Source: Vicinamibacteria bacterium
Lineage (GTDB): Bacteria; Acidobacteriota; Vicinamibacteria; Fen-336
Reading direction: 5' to 3'
NCBI GenBank assembly: GCA_035570235.1
Contig: DATMML010000001.1
Coordinates: 799-64,798 of the forward strand
Length of the DNA: 64,000 nt
The notes beneath the pieces are model-generated. The model made no database searches and was not told where the DNA came from. It was given only the letters and a program-made list of their open reading frames with translations. A program made the translations under genes and the position numbers. Positions 1 through 9,392 of the stretch are shown here, piece after piece (position 1 is the first letter of the stretch; each line of letters starts with the position of its first letter).

Positions 1-765
1 CCTTTGGTGCCGAAGATCTCCAGGCTATCGCGTGCCTCCTGCGCGGCATGGCTGACGGAGAGCACGGCCGCGGCGCCGGAAGGGAAGCCGAGGTAGGCGA
101 CGCAGGTGTCCTCGACCTCGCGCTCGGGGAAGCGCACCTTGCCGGGAAACCCTTGCACACGCTCCACCGGCCCCAGCAGGTTCAGCAAGACCTCGATGCG
201 ATGGCAGCCGAAGTCCATCAGCGGCCCCCCGCCCGAGTCGGCCTTGCGTAGGAGCCAGGAACGGGGGCCGTCGGGAGCGGGAGCGAAGAGCTCGAAGGCT
301 TGGACGTGGCCGAGCACGGGGCGACCGATCTCGCCCGAACCCAGCAGCTCCCGCAGACGCATCACGACGGGATAGAGGTGGCGATAGTAGGCGACGCCTA
401 GCTTCACGGCGTTGCCTCGGGCGGCGTCCACCATGCGCTGGCAGCCGGCCACGTCGAGGGCCATCGGCTTCTCGCACAGCACGTGCTTTCCGGCCTCGGC
501 GGCGGCCACGGCTTGTTCGGCGTGGAGGCGGACGGGGGTGGCGACGTACACGGCGTCGATATCCGCGTCCCCGAGCAGGTCCCTCCAATCCGGGTACGAG
601 CGGGCCGCCCCATGACGGAGCGCAAAATCGGCGGCCTGCTCGGCCCGCCGGCCCGCGACCGCGTGGAGTGAGCTGGCCGAGCACTCGCGCAGCGCCCGCG
701 CTACGCGCTTCTCGGCGATGTCGCCGCACCCGACCAAGCCCCAGCGGACTGCCCGCGCCGGCATG
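1..765 (-). CDS. Gfo/Idh/MocA family oxidoreductase, N-terminal part (the 3' end lies off the window)
   Basis: This ORF is not in the supplied track because it has no stop inside the window. The reverse complement of 763-765 (cat) gives an ATG. Translation from it reads MPARAVRWGLVGCGDIAEKRVARAL...HVLCEKPMAL...CQRMVDAARGNAVKLGVAYYR. That contains the Rossmann GxGxxA motif and the EKP motif of Gfo/Idh/MocA, and the frame stays open to position 1. Confidence 0.75.
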
Positions 766-846
766 ACCTCACCCCGCGTGGGCCGTATCTTGCCACAGGG
801 CTCCTTCGTTGGAAGGAGCGACGAGCTGCCCTCTTAAGCCGCCTCT

Positions 847-1614
847 TTATGCAACCCGCGCCACCACGGAGGTCACGGTCGGCCCCTTGGGGGAGAGGTC
901 GAAGAGCTTTCGCCGCTCCACGGTCGCAAAGCCCGCGTAGAGGAGCATGTCCTCCAGGGCGCGGGAGGTGAACAGCCAATACGAGTTCGCCTCCCCGAGC
1001 TCCTTCTCGCTCCCCCGGAACCCGAAGGACAGGGTGGGCCGTTCGGGTGCAAGAGATTCGAGCTGGACGTCCACCGCGGTCTCGATTATGGCCATTTCTC
1101 GGGTCACGGAACGGATCCTCTGCAGGGCGAGAAGCGGACTCTGGAGATGCAGGAGAAGCGAGCCACAGAAAACGACATCGAACATCCCCACAACTTCGGG
1201 GCGGAGATCGTAGACGCTGGTGAACCGATACTCCACCCTGGACTTCCGCATAGCCTGCGCTATGTGAAAGCGAGCCGGCCAGTGGGTGGCGTCGAGCACG
1301 GCAGTGGGGAGCCGCGAGCGACGAATCGGGAGCCAGTCACAGTCTCCGAAGCGCGCGACGTCGGTCGCGACCACCCGCCGGGCCCCCCGGCGTTCCATCT
1401 CGAAGGCAAAGAATCCCTCCGCCGTGCCCACATCGAGGGCCGTTTGCTCGGCCAGGGAGTTCGGGATCCCATAGCGGTCCACGATTGGACGATGATCGTA
1501 ATGCCCCCGAGAGACGAGGCCGTTACCCAGCTCGATCGTTTGGTACCAACCATCGAGGAGCGGATCGTCGGCACGGCTTGGCAGATCCAGTGCGGCCCGC
1601 GGCGGTATGATCAC
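847..1614 (-). CDS. class I SAM-dependent methyltransferase
   Basis: The C-terminal two-thirds of track ORF 847..2016 carry the methyltransferase fold (TALDVGTAEGFFAFEMERRGARRVVATD ... DVVFCGSLLLHL). The first 134 residues of that ORF are Arg/Gly-rich and unlike protein. I placed the start at the in-frame GTG at 1614, which is preceded by GGAAGGAGGAGCC on the coding strand. Confidence 0.6.
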   Translation of the reverse strand: MIIPPRAALDLPSRADDPLLDGWYQTIELGNGLVSRGHYDHRPIVDRYGIPNSLAEQTALDVGTAEGFFAFEMERRGARRVVATDVARFGDCDWLPIRRSRLPTAVLDATHWPARFHIAQAMRKSRVEYRFTSVYDLRPEVVGMFDVVFCGSLLLHLQSPLLALQRIRSVTREMAIIETAVDVQLESLAPERPTLSFGFRGSEKELGEANSYWLFTSRALEDMLLYAGFATVERRKLFDLSPKGPTVTSVVARVA

Positions 1615-1878
1615 GGCTCCTCCTTCCCGCGGCAGAAAGGGCGTCTGCGGACGTTCGCGCCAGCCAAGCCCCGTCTCCGGGAGCCCCACCCCGCCACATC
1701 GTAACCGCAGACCCGTGCCTCCGCCGGCGAGGCCCGCGTCCGCGCTTCCCCGCTGCCCGCTTGACGGCCGCCGACGGCGAGTAAGACAATGTCGCCCCGG
1801 GCGAGTCTGATCCATCCGGTCAGCCAGTGCCGTGCCCGCCCTTGATAGGGAGGGCCGGGAGCCTGCTCGATAGGAACC

Positions 1879-4341
1879 ATGCGGGTCGGAATCGACTATA
1901 GCTTTCTGAGGCTTGGCCGGCGCGCCCTGAAGCGGGGGGTCTGCCGCTACACGAATCGCCAACTCATTGAGGTCCTGCGTGAGGACCGGAGCAACGAGTA
2001 CGTCCTCCTCTGCCAAGCGGGCACCGGGGACGCTGCGCTCATCCCGGCCGAGATCCGCTCACGAGCCAACGTTTCGGTCCGGGAGGGGCCGGCCCGGGCC
2101 GTAACCCCAGGCCAGGATCCGAACGCCCCCGAGACCCTGCTCCGCCTAGCCGCCGAGCACCAGGACTGGGTGCGGCGGGAGGGGATCGATCTCTACCACG
2201 CCACCACGCCCGTGCTTGTGGAACTGCCGGTATTTCCTCGATGGGACGTGTGTCCGATGGTGGCCAGCTTCTACGACGCCATACCGCTGCTCTATCCGGA
2301 CCAGTATCTTCCCGGCCCCGCCGTCCGGGAGACATACGCACGGGGGCTGGAGTTCCTCCGGAGCGCCACCCGGGTCCTTGCCATCTCGGAGTCCGCGCGG
2401 AGAGACGCCTCCCTGCACCTCGGGATCCGGGCGGACAAGATCGACGTGGCTCCTCCCGTCGCCGAGCCATGCTTCCGGCCCCTGGCGGACGACGAGGTCG
2501 GGGCCACCTTGCGGGGCCTCCGCCAGCGTGTCCCCCTGCCCTCGCGCTACGCGCTGGCGGTGGTGGCCGTTCATTACTCCAAGAACCTGGACACGCTCTT
2601 CCGAGCCTATTCGCTGCTGGATCCCCGCCTGCGCGAGCTTCTGCCCCTGGTCGTCTGCTGCGACCTGGATGGCCCCCAGGACGCAGGCCTCCGGACCCTC
2701 GTCGATGCGGCAGGAATTGCGGACGACGTCGTGGCCACGGGCTTCGTGAGCGACGACGAGCTGGCCGCGCTCTACAACGCCGCCACCATGGTGCTTCACC
2801 CTTCCCGGCAGGAGGGCTTCGGACTGCCCGTGCTGGAGGCCATGCACTGCGGCAAGCCCGTGATCGCCGCCCGGGCGGGCGCTCTGCCCGAGGTCGGGGG
2901 CGAGGCCGTGCTGCTGCTCGGCCCTGACGACGCGGAGGCCTGGGCGCGCGCGATCGAGGAGCTGTACCGCGACCCCGGTCGCCGGCGAGAAATGGGCGAC
3001 CGTGGCCGCGCCCGCGCGGAAGAATTCTCCCCCCGACGACTCGGCGAGGCGACGCTAGCCACTTATGGGCGAGCGGCCGCTGCCCCCGGTTGGGCGGCCG
3101 ACTCCCGGAGGCGGGTGGCCGTGTGGACGCCCTTTCCACCGCAGGCGAGCGGGGTTGCGGACTACAGCTTGGAGCTGCTGGACGAGCTGCGGCGTGAGTG
3201 TGACCTGGAGGTCTTCGTGGACGACGGAGTGCTGCCCTCCGCGGCTCTCCTCGCCCGCTACGCGGTCCACCATTTCCGCGCCTTCCCTCGCCGTCACGCC
3301 TTGGCGCCCTTCGACACGATCGTCTACCAGGTCGGGGCCTCGCCCTTCCACCTCTATATGCAGGACGCCTTGCGCGAGTGGCCAGGCATCGTCGTTCTGC
3401 ATGACCTCGCATGGAGCTATCTCCGGCTCTGGCATCGCCGGCAGAGCAGTGACGAGGCGGGATTCGAGGGCGAGCTGGGCGCCCTGGAGGGCGAGGAGGC
3501 CCTACGCGAGTATCGGGCAATCGTGGGTGGAAGCGGCGCCCACCGGCCACTCGACGTCTTCCTCGACGACCATCTCATGCTGGGGGATGTGGTCGCTCGC
3601 AGTCGGGCTCAGGTCGTGCTGCTCGAGAGCGTGGGCCGCGAACTCGAGCGTCGCTATCCAAAGGCACGCCCCTACCTGGTTCCCATGGGAGTGGCCGACC
3701 CCTACCGGGGACGGCCGGCCCTGGAGGCCTCCCAGGCCCGCTCGAGTCTCGGGATCGGCTCCGGGACCTTCGTGGTGGGGGCCCTAGGCATCCTCAGCGC
3801 GACCAAGAGGCTCGCGGAGTGTGTCCGGGCTTTCCGTGAGGTAGTGGACCACCATGATGACTCCCTGTTGCTTTTCGTGGGGCTCTGGTATGAGGCCTCT
3901 TTCCAGAGGGAGCTGGCCGACCTGGTTGGGCAGCTGGGCCTGGGGCCTCGCGTGCGCTTTGCCGGGCACGTGCCCGCCCCTGAGTTCCGGGCCCACCTCC
4001 TCTCCTGCGACGTCGTTCTGAGCCTCCGGCACCCTTGCAAGAAGGAGATCTCGGCCAGCCTCATGCGCGCTATTGCGGCCGGCAAGCCCGTAGTGGTGAG
4101 CGACGTGCGGGAGTGGTCGCACCTGCCCCGGGAGTTCTGCTGGCGGGTGCCGACGGGCAGCGCGGAGGTCGGAGTCCTGGCCGCCCAGCTGCGCGTGCTG
4201 GCGGCCGATCCGGCGCTGCGGGCGTCGATGGGGGCGCGAGCGCGCGCCTACTTTGAGGAGCAGGGCACCGTGCAGGGCATGGCCAGCGGGTACCTGCGGG
4301 TCATCGACGCCGTCTGCGCGCCTGCTGCCATGACCGCATGA
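1879..4341 (+). CDS. tandem glycosyltransferase with two GT4 (GT-B, RfaB-like) domains fused in one 820-aa protein
   Basis: The ORF is complete. The first domain reads ...VLHPSRQEGFGLPVLEAMHCGKPVIAARAGALPEVGGEAVLL. The second reads ...CKKEISASLMRAIAAGKPVVVSDVREWSHLP. Both show the E-x7-E-like GT4 C-terminal signature. ATG lies at 1879. Confidence 0.8.
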   Translation: MRVGIDYSFLRLGRRALKRGVCRYTNRQLIEVLREDRSNEYVLLCQAGTGDAALIPAEIRSRANVSVREGPARAVTPGQDPNAPETLLRLAAEHQDWVRREGIDLYHATTPVLVELPVFPRWDVCPMVASFYDAIPLLYPDQYLPGPAVRETYARGLEFLRSATRVLAISESARRDASLHLGIRADKIDVAPPVAEPCFRPLADDEVGATLRGLRQRVPLPSRYALAVVAVHYSKNLDTLFRAYSLLDPRLRELLPLVVCCDLDGPQDAGLRTLVDAAGIADDVVATGFVSDDELAALYNAATMVLHPSRQEGFGLPVLEAMHCGKPVIAARAGALPEVGGEAVLLLGPDDAEAWARAIEELYRDPGRRREMGDRGRARAEEFSPRRLGEATLATYGRAAAAPGWAADSRRRVAVWTPFPPQASGVADYSLELLDELRRECDLEVFVDDGVLPSAALLARYAVHHFRAFPRRHALAPFDTIVYQVGASPFHLYMQDALREWPGIVVLHDLAWSYLRLWHRRQSSDEAGFEGELGALEGEEALREYRAIVGGSGAHRPLDVFLDDHLMLGDVVARSRAQVVLLESVGRELERRYPKARPYLVPMGVADPYRGRPALEASQARSSLGIGSGTFVVGALGILSATKRLAECVRAFREVVDHHDDSLLLFVGLWYEASFQRELADLVGQLGLGPRVRFAGHVPAPEFRAHLLSCDVVLSLRHPCKKEISASLMRAIAAGKPVVVSDVREWSHLPREFCWRVPTGSAEVGVLAAQLRVLAADPALRASMGARARAYFEEQGTVQGMASGYLRVIDAVCAPAAMTA

Positions 4342-6671
4342 GCCGACGCCTGGGCTTCAACAAGGCCTGCGAGATCGAGGACTTCGCCGACCCGGAGCTG
4401 GCCTCCGTCATCCGTGACGTCTGTCGGCACAAACTCGTCCGTTTCCCCAGCCTCCCGGACGGCGTAGAGCACTCCAAGGACTGGGAGGAGGCCATGGCCA
4501 TCCGGGCCCTGCGGGAGTTCGGCGCCCTCCGCCCGGATAGCCGGATCCTCGGCGTGGCCGCGGGCAAGGAGGACACTCTCTTCTATCTGACTCGGCACGT
4601 GCACCAGGTCTTCGCCACGGACCTCTACATGTGGTCCGGCGACTGGAGCTCGACGTCACCCCTCTCCATGCTCGTGCAGCCGGAGCTGGCGGCGCCTTAC
4701 GCCTGCGACCCCAACCGCCTCGTTGTCCAGCACATGGACGCCCGCAGCCTGCGCTTCCCGGACGACACCTTCGACGGCATCTTCTCCTCCTGCGCCATCG
4801 AGCACTTCGGCGATCTGCAGGACATTGCGAGCGCCGCTTATGAGATGGGGCGGGTGCTGAAGCCGGGGGGCCTGCTCGCCATCTCCACCACCATCAAGCT
4901 TGGCGGCCCCCCGGGGGGCATCGGCTGGCCTGGCCAAACCCTGATCTTCCCGCGCGAGCACTTGCAGCGCTACATTGTCGAGGCCAGCGGGCTCGAGGCG
5001 GTGGATGAGCTGCACACCGAGGTCTCGGAGGAGACCCTGTCCACCGGGCGGGACCTCGTGCGCGCGGTTCTGGACTACCGCGCCCGACTGGACGAGAAGG
5101 GTGAGGCCGGGCGGGAGACAGAGTACGCGCTGTGGGACTTCCCCATGGTCGTGCTGGCCGTGGAAGGGTACGTCTTCACCTCCGTCCATTTGGCCCTGCG
5201 CAAGACGGAGCGCCATCCGCTGGTTGCCAATGACTGGGCGCGTCCCTCGGCCGCGACGCAGGAGGCGATCCGGCGCACGAACCGAGACCTGGTCAGCCGA
5301 GCCCTACGTGCCTTCGCCCCCGCCCCGGAAGAGAAGGGGGACGGAAAAGCAGCCGCCCCCGTCGCTCCCACGCCCCCCCTAGCGGCACCCCCACCCGCCC
5401 CGCCCCCCGGACTCTTCGAACGTCCCTGGGAAGAGCGCAACGGGCAGGCCCAGACCCGCCTCACGGAAGCGCGGCATTTGGAAAGCGAAGCCGCGCGTCT
5501 AGGGCAGGAGCATTTGGAGCGTGCCTCCGCGCTGGAACGAACGGTGGCCGAGATCGATGATGCCCTCTCCCTGATCGGCAAGGTGCTTGGGGGGGAGGAG
5601 GGGGTGCGGGCATCCGCCCGCGCCCGCGCGCACCCGTCCCCCGCTGCCTCTCGCTCCGCCGTGCCCGAGGGTCGCCGGCAATGGACCACCAACCACGTGC
5701 GGCTAGAGGGCGGACCGGAGTTCGAGGTGGTGATCGATCCCGCAAGCAAGGACGCGTTTACGGTTGCCTATGCTGCCGGGGCCGGGCCCCTTTTGAACGA
5801 AACGCTGGTGCGGCTGATGCTCGATCTCGTCCGGGCGGGCGATGTGGTGGTGGACTTGGGGGCCCATCTGGGGAGCTTCGCGCTGCCCGCGGCGGCCGTG
5901 GGATGCAGGGTCCTGGCCGTGGAGGCCGCGCCGCAGTCCGCCGCCTTGCTGCAGGCGAGCGCCACCCGCAACGGTTTCCGCAACCTAAAGGTGATCCAGG
6001 CCGCCGCCGCCGCCGCCCCGGGGAGCCTCGAGTTCTGTCCCCGTGGCCCCCACGGGCACGTAGCCACGCCTCTCATCCCCTTGCCCACCATCGCGGTTCC
6101 CGCGGTGACGGTGGATGAGCTTCTTCTGGAGCTGGGCTGGGGGCCGGTGGCCTTCGTCAAGATGGACATCGAGGGTTCCGAGATCGGCGCCCTGCGGGGA
6201 ATGTCGCGAGTCCTCGGCAGCCAGGACGCACCGTCCATCCTCTACGAGTCCAACGGGCACACCCTCGCCTTCCAGGGCGCTACTCCCGAACACCTTCGCG
6301 TGGAGCTCGAGTCGCGGGGATACCAGAGCTGGCTGGTCGAGCCCCGCCGCCTCGTCCGCCTGGTGGGAACGGAGTTCCAGCCCCAGACCCTGGTGGATTG
6401 CCTGGCCATCAAGCAGTGGCCGGAGAGGCTGAACGGCCGGCACCGGGAGGGTGGCCTGACCGTCGAGGAGAAGATTGCGCGCATCGTGGCTGACTGCCGC
6501 GACCCGAACGAGGACCTCCGCGTCTACATGGCCCGGGCGCTGGCCGAGGCGGGCCCGCTGCGCACATACCCCGCGGTGAGGGAGGCTTTGACCGGGCTGC
6601 TCAACGACGGGATGCCCAGCGTCCGGGCGGCCTGCGCCTGGTGGTCTTCGGCGGAGGAGCAGGACGGCTGA
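4338..6671 (+). CDS. multidomain methyltransferase: N-terminal class I SAM-MT, Pro-rich and coiled-coil linker, FkbM-family MT, C-terminal HEAT-like repeats
   Basis: The N-terminal part reads ...FDGIFSSCAIEHFGDLQDIASAAYEMGRVLKPGGLLAIST, a Methyltransf_11-like fold. The middle reads PAPPPGL...coiled coil. The FkbM domain reads DVVVDLGAHLGSFALPAA...VAFVKMDIEGSEIGAL. The C-terminus reads EDLRVYMARALAEAG...VRAACAW, HEAT-like. The start overlaps the stop of the upstream GT by 4 nt. Confidence 0.75.
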   Translation: MSRRLGFNKACEIEDFADPELASVIRDVCRHKLVRFPSLPDGVEHSKDWEEAMAIRALREFGALRPDSRILGVAAGKEDTLFYLTRHVHQVFATDLYMWSGDWSSTSPLSMLVQPELAAPYACDPNRLVVQHMDARSLRFPDDTFDGIFSSCAIEHFGDLQDIASAAYEMGRVLKPGGLLAISTTIKLGGPPGGIGWPGQTLIFPREHLQRYIVEASGLEAVDELHTEVSEETLSTGRDLVRAVLDYRARLDEKGEAGRETEYALWDFPMVVLAVEGYVFTSVHLALRKTERHPLVANDWARPSAATQEAIRRTNRDLVSRALRAFAPAPEEKGDGKAAAPVAPTPPLAAPPPAPPPGLFERPWEERNGQAQTRLTEARHLESEAARLGQEHLERASALERTVAEIDDALSLIGKVLGGEEGVRASARARAHPSPAASRSAVPEGRRQWTTNHVRLEGGPEFEVVIDPASKDAFTVAYAAGAGPLLNETLVRLMLDLVRAGDVVVDLGAHLGSFALPAAAVGCRVLAVEAAPQSAALLQASATRNGFRNLKVIQAAAAAAPGSLEFCPRGPHGHVATPLIPLPTIAVPAVTVDELLLELGWGPVAFVKMDIEGSEIGALRGMSRVLGSQDAPSILYESNGHTLAFQGATPEHLRVELESRGYQSWLVEPRRLVRLVGTEFQPQTLVDCLAIKQWPERLNGRHREGGLTVEEKIARIVADCRDPNEDLRVYMARALAEAGPLRTYPAVREALTGLLNDGMPSVRAACAWWSSAEEQDG

Positions 6672-6696
6672 GGCGAACGCGGAACCGGGAAGGAGC

Positions 6697-7896
6697 ATGG
6701 TTGGTATGGGTGCCACGGGCGCGATGACTTCCTACGGACTCAATTGGGAGGACGTGCGCCTCCGCCGGGCGTTTCCGGAGGAGGCGGTCGGGTTCTACAT
6801 CGACGTGGGAGCCTACGACCCCGTGCTCGCCTCGCTCACCAAACATTTCTACGATCGCGGATGGCGGGGCATCAACATCGAGCCCAACATCCGGGGGTTC
6901 GAACGCCTCTGCGCAGAGCGGGACCGCGACATCAACCTGAACATCGGCCTTTCCAGCCGGGCGGGCACCCTCACATTCTTCGAGCCGTCCACTTCCTCGC
7001 ACGGGCTGGCCACGTTCTCCGCCCGCGACGCCGCTCGCCACCGGGAGGCCGGCCTCAGCTTCGCGGAGCGGCCGGTGGCCGTCACCACCCTGGCCAGGAT
7101 CTGCGAGGAACATGTCCGGGACCGGATCGACTTCCTTTCCATCGACGTGGAAGGCCATGAGGCCGAGGTGTTGGAGGGGAACGACTGGAGCCGCTGGCGG
7201 CCGCGCGTTCTGGTGATCGAAGCCACCGAGCCCCTGAACGCGATGCCACGCTCGCCCCTAGACGTCGTCCCCAACCATCACCGCTGGGAAGCAAAGGTGC
7301 TCGGGGCCGGCTATTCCTTCGCGGCCTTCGACGGGCTCAACCGATACTACGTCCGGGAGGAGGATCGTGGCCTGGCAGAGGCTTTGGCCGCCCCGATCTC
7401 CATCCTGGACAACTTCGTGCCCCATCCTTTCCTAGAGCCACAGCTCGAGTGTGAGCGACTGCGCGACCGGGCCGAGGTCGCGGAACGGCAGCTCGCGGCC
7501 GCCCGCGCGCTGAACAGCGCCTCCGAGCGGGAGCTCACGGAGATGCGGGCCGAGTTCGACGCCCTGGCTGTGCAGTCGGAGGACCTCGCGTTGCGCGCGG
7601 AACGCGCTCGCCGGGTGCTACTCACCTTGCGGCCACAATACGAATCTCTACGCGCGGGAATGGCCGACGCCCAGGTCGCCTGCGCGCGGCTGGCCCGGGA
7701 GGCGGAGCAGGCCCGCGAGACGGCGGAGACCGAGTGCGGGCGTCTGGTCCTCCTCCGTGACGTCGGGCCCCTCGGTATTGAGTTCGCGCGGAGGCTGCGG
7801 GCCCTGTCGCGCCGCCACGCCGCCGTCGCGGCCATCGCGAAGGCCCCGCTCCGGCTGGCTCTGCGCGTCCTGAGCGGACACCGCGGCCAGGCCTGA
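6697..7896 (+). CDS. FkbM family methyltransferase with a C-terminal coiled-coil extension
   Basis: FkbM-type motifs are present: FYIDVGAYDPV and IDFLSIDVEGHEAEVL. The last ~130 aa are a heptad-rich coiled coil (ERLRDRAEVAERQLAAARALNSASERELTEMRAEFDAL...). Confidence 0.75.
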   Translation: MVGMGATGAMTSYGLNWEDVRLRRAFPEEAVGFYIDVGAYDPVLASLTKHFYDRGWRGINIEPNIRGFERLCAERDRDINLNIGLSSRAGTLTFFEPSTSSHGLATFSARDAARHREAGLSFAERPVAVTTLARICEEHVRDRIDFLSIDVEGHEAEVLEGNDWSRWRPRVLVIEATEPLNAMPRSPLDVVPNHHRWEAKVLGAGYSFAAFDGLNRYYVREEDRGLAEALAAPISILDNFVPHPFLEPQLECERLRDRAEVAERQLAAARALNSASERELTEMRAEFDALAVQSEDLALRAERARRVLLTLRPQYESLRAGMADAQVACARLAREAEQARETAETECGRLVLLRDVGPLGIEFARRLRALSRRHAAVAAIAKAPLRLALRVLSGHRGQA

Positions 7897-8109
7897 GCCT
7901 GCCTGGGCCGCAATCACCAACCGCGGGCTATCTCGCTTGAGCTCCGCACCACTTCGCCCACCCGGCTCGTCTCCAAGGTGTCGTGGGGGCTCCCTTGACG
8001 CCCTCCGTGGCGTCGCACAGTTTCCGAGACCGTGCGGCGGTTGTCCGGAGGTTCTGGAAAAGCGCGGAGTCAGACGGTAGGATCGTCGGCTACGGAACGA
8101 GGAGGGCGC

Positions 8110-9318
8110 ATGAAGATCGTGGAAGCTCGGGTGATCGTGACCTGTCCCGGTCGCAACTTCGTCACCCTGAAGCTGGTGACGGAGGACGGCCTCCACGGCC
8201 TCGGCGACGCCACCCTCAACGGTCGCGAGCTCGCGGTCGCTGCCTACCTCACCGAACACGTGATTCCCCTCCTCATCGGCCGCGACGCGCGTCGCATCGA
8301 GGACACCTGGCAGTATCTCTACAAAGGGGCTTACTGGCGGCGGGGACCCGTGACCATGGCCGCCATCGGGGCCGTGGACACCGCCCTTTGGGACCTGCTC
8401 GGCAAGTCCCTGGGGGTCCCTCTCTACCGCCTGCTGGGGGGGGCCTCGCGGGAGGGGGTGCTCGTCTACGGGCACGCCAGCGGCGAAACCGTAGAGGAGG
8501 TGTTGGCGGCGGTTCACGACTATGTCGGCCGCGGCTACAAGGCGGTGCGCGTGCAGTGCGCGGTCCCCGGGATGCCCGCCACCTACGGGGTGGGCCGGGG
8601 CAAGCTCTACTACGAGCCGGCGGAGAAGGGCCTCCCCCCCGAGGCGGCCTGGAGCACCGACCGCTACCTGGGGTTCGCGCCCGGGCTCTTCGCGCGCGTG
8701 CGTCAGGAATTCGGGCCCGACTTGCCCCTGCTCCACGACGTACACCACCGGCTCACACCCATAGAGGCCGCCCGCCTGGGCAAGGAGCTCGAGCCGCACC
8801 ACCTGTTCTGGCTGGAGGATCCCGTGGCGGCCGAGCTGCAGGAGGGCTTCCGGTTGATCCGTCAGCACACCACCACCCCTCTGGCGGTGGGTGAGGTCTT
8901 CAACACCATCTACGACTGCGAGCGGCTCATCCGGGAGCAGCTGATCGACTTCATCCGCACCACCGTCGTCCACGCCGGGGGCATCACCCACCTCCGCAAG
9001 ATCGCGTCCCTGGCCGAGCTGTTTCACGTGCGCACCGGCTGCCACGGGGCCACCGATCTCTCCCCCGTCTGCCTGGGGGCGGCCCTCCACTTCGACCTCG
9101 CCGTCCACAACTTCGGAATCCAGGAGTACATGCGGCACAGCCCGGAGACGGACAAAGTCTTCCCCCACGCCTACCGCTTCGAGGGGGGGATGCTCCATCC
9201 GGGGGAGTCGCCCGGCCTGGGTGTGGACATCGACGAGAAACTGGCCGCTACCTATCCCTACGAGCGAGCCTACCTGCCGGTGGCGCGGCGGCTCGACGGG
9301 ACCGTCCACAGCTGGTAG
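8110..9318 (+). CDS. manD: D-mannonate dehydratase of the enolase superfamily (ManD subgroup)
   Basis: I trimmed the track ORF to the ATG at 8110, which follows GGAGGG. The N-terminus reads [47 protein letters not shown], which I recognise as typical of the ManD family. Enolase-superfamily acidic ligands are in the barrel region (HDVHHRL, FWLEDP). Confidence 0.8.
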   Translation: MKIVEARVIVTCPGRNFVTLKLVTEDGLHGLGDATLNGRELAVAAYLTEHVIPLLIGRDARRIEDTWQYLYKGAYWRRGPVTMAAIGAVDTALWDLLGKSLGVPLYRLLGGASREGVLVYGHASGETVEEVLAAVHDYVGRGYKAVRVQCAVPGMPATYGVGRGKLYYEPAEKGLPPEAAWSTDRYLGFAPGLFARVRQEFGPDLPLLHDVHHRLTPIEAARLGKELEPHHLFWLEDPVAAELQEGFRLIRQHTTTPLAVGEVFNTIYDCERLIREQLIDFIRTTVVHAGGITHLRKIASLAELFHVRTGCHGATDLSPVCLGAALHFDLAVHNFGIQEYMRHSPETDKVFPHAYRFEGGMLHPGESPGLGVDIDEKLAATYPYERAYLPVARRLDGTVHSW

Positions 9319-9392
9319 AGGGCACCGGGGGCGCTAGGTTGCGCTTCTGCCCCACGGCGCGGCACTTGTTCGAGACCCGCCCTCCCGAAGGC

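Noticed and set aside
25-729. A 234-aa minus-strand ORF (MRRHRREARS...) at the window start.
   Set aside because: It is an Arg/Pro/Gly-rich alternative frame of the genuine Gfo/Idh/MocA gene on the same strand (1..765). It is low-complexity with no family resemblance.
2039-3550. A 503-aa minus-strand ORF antisense to the tandem glycosyltransferase.
   Set aside because: It is extremely Arg/Pro/Gly-rich and is typical of spurious antisense ORFs in 70% GC DNA. The sense-strand GT4 domains are well supported.
7648-9309. A 553-aa minus-strand ORF overlapping manD.
   Set aside because: It is an antisense artefact. The plus-strand ManD has a canonical N-terminus and RBS.
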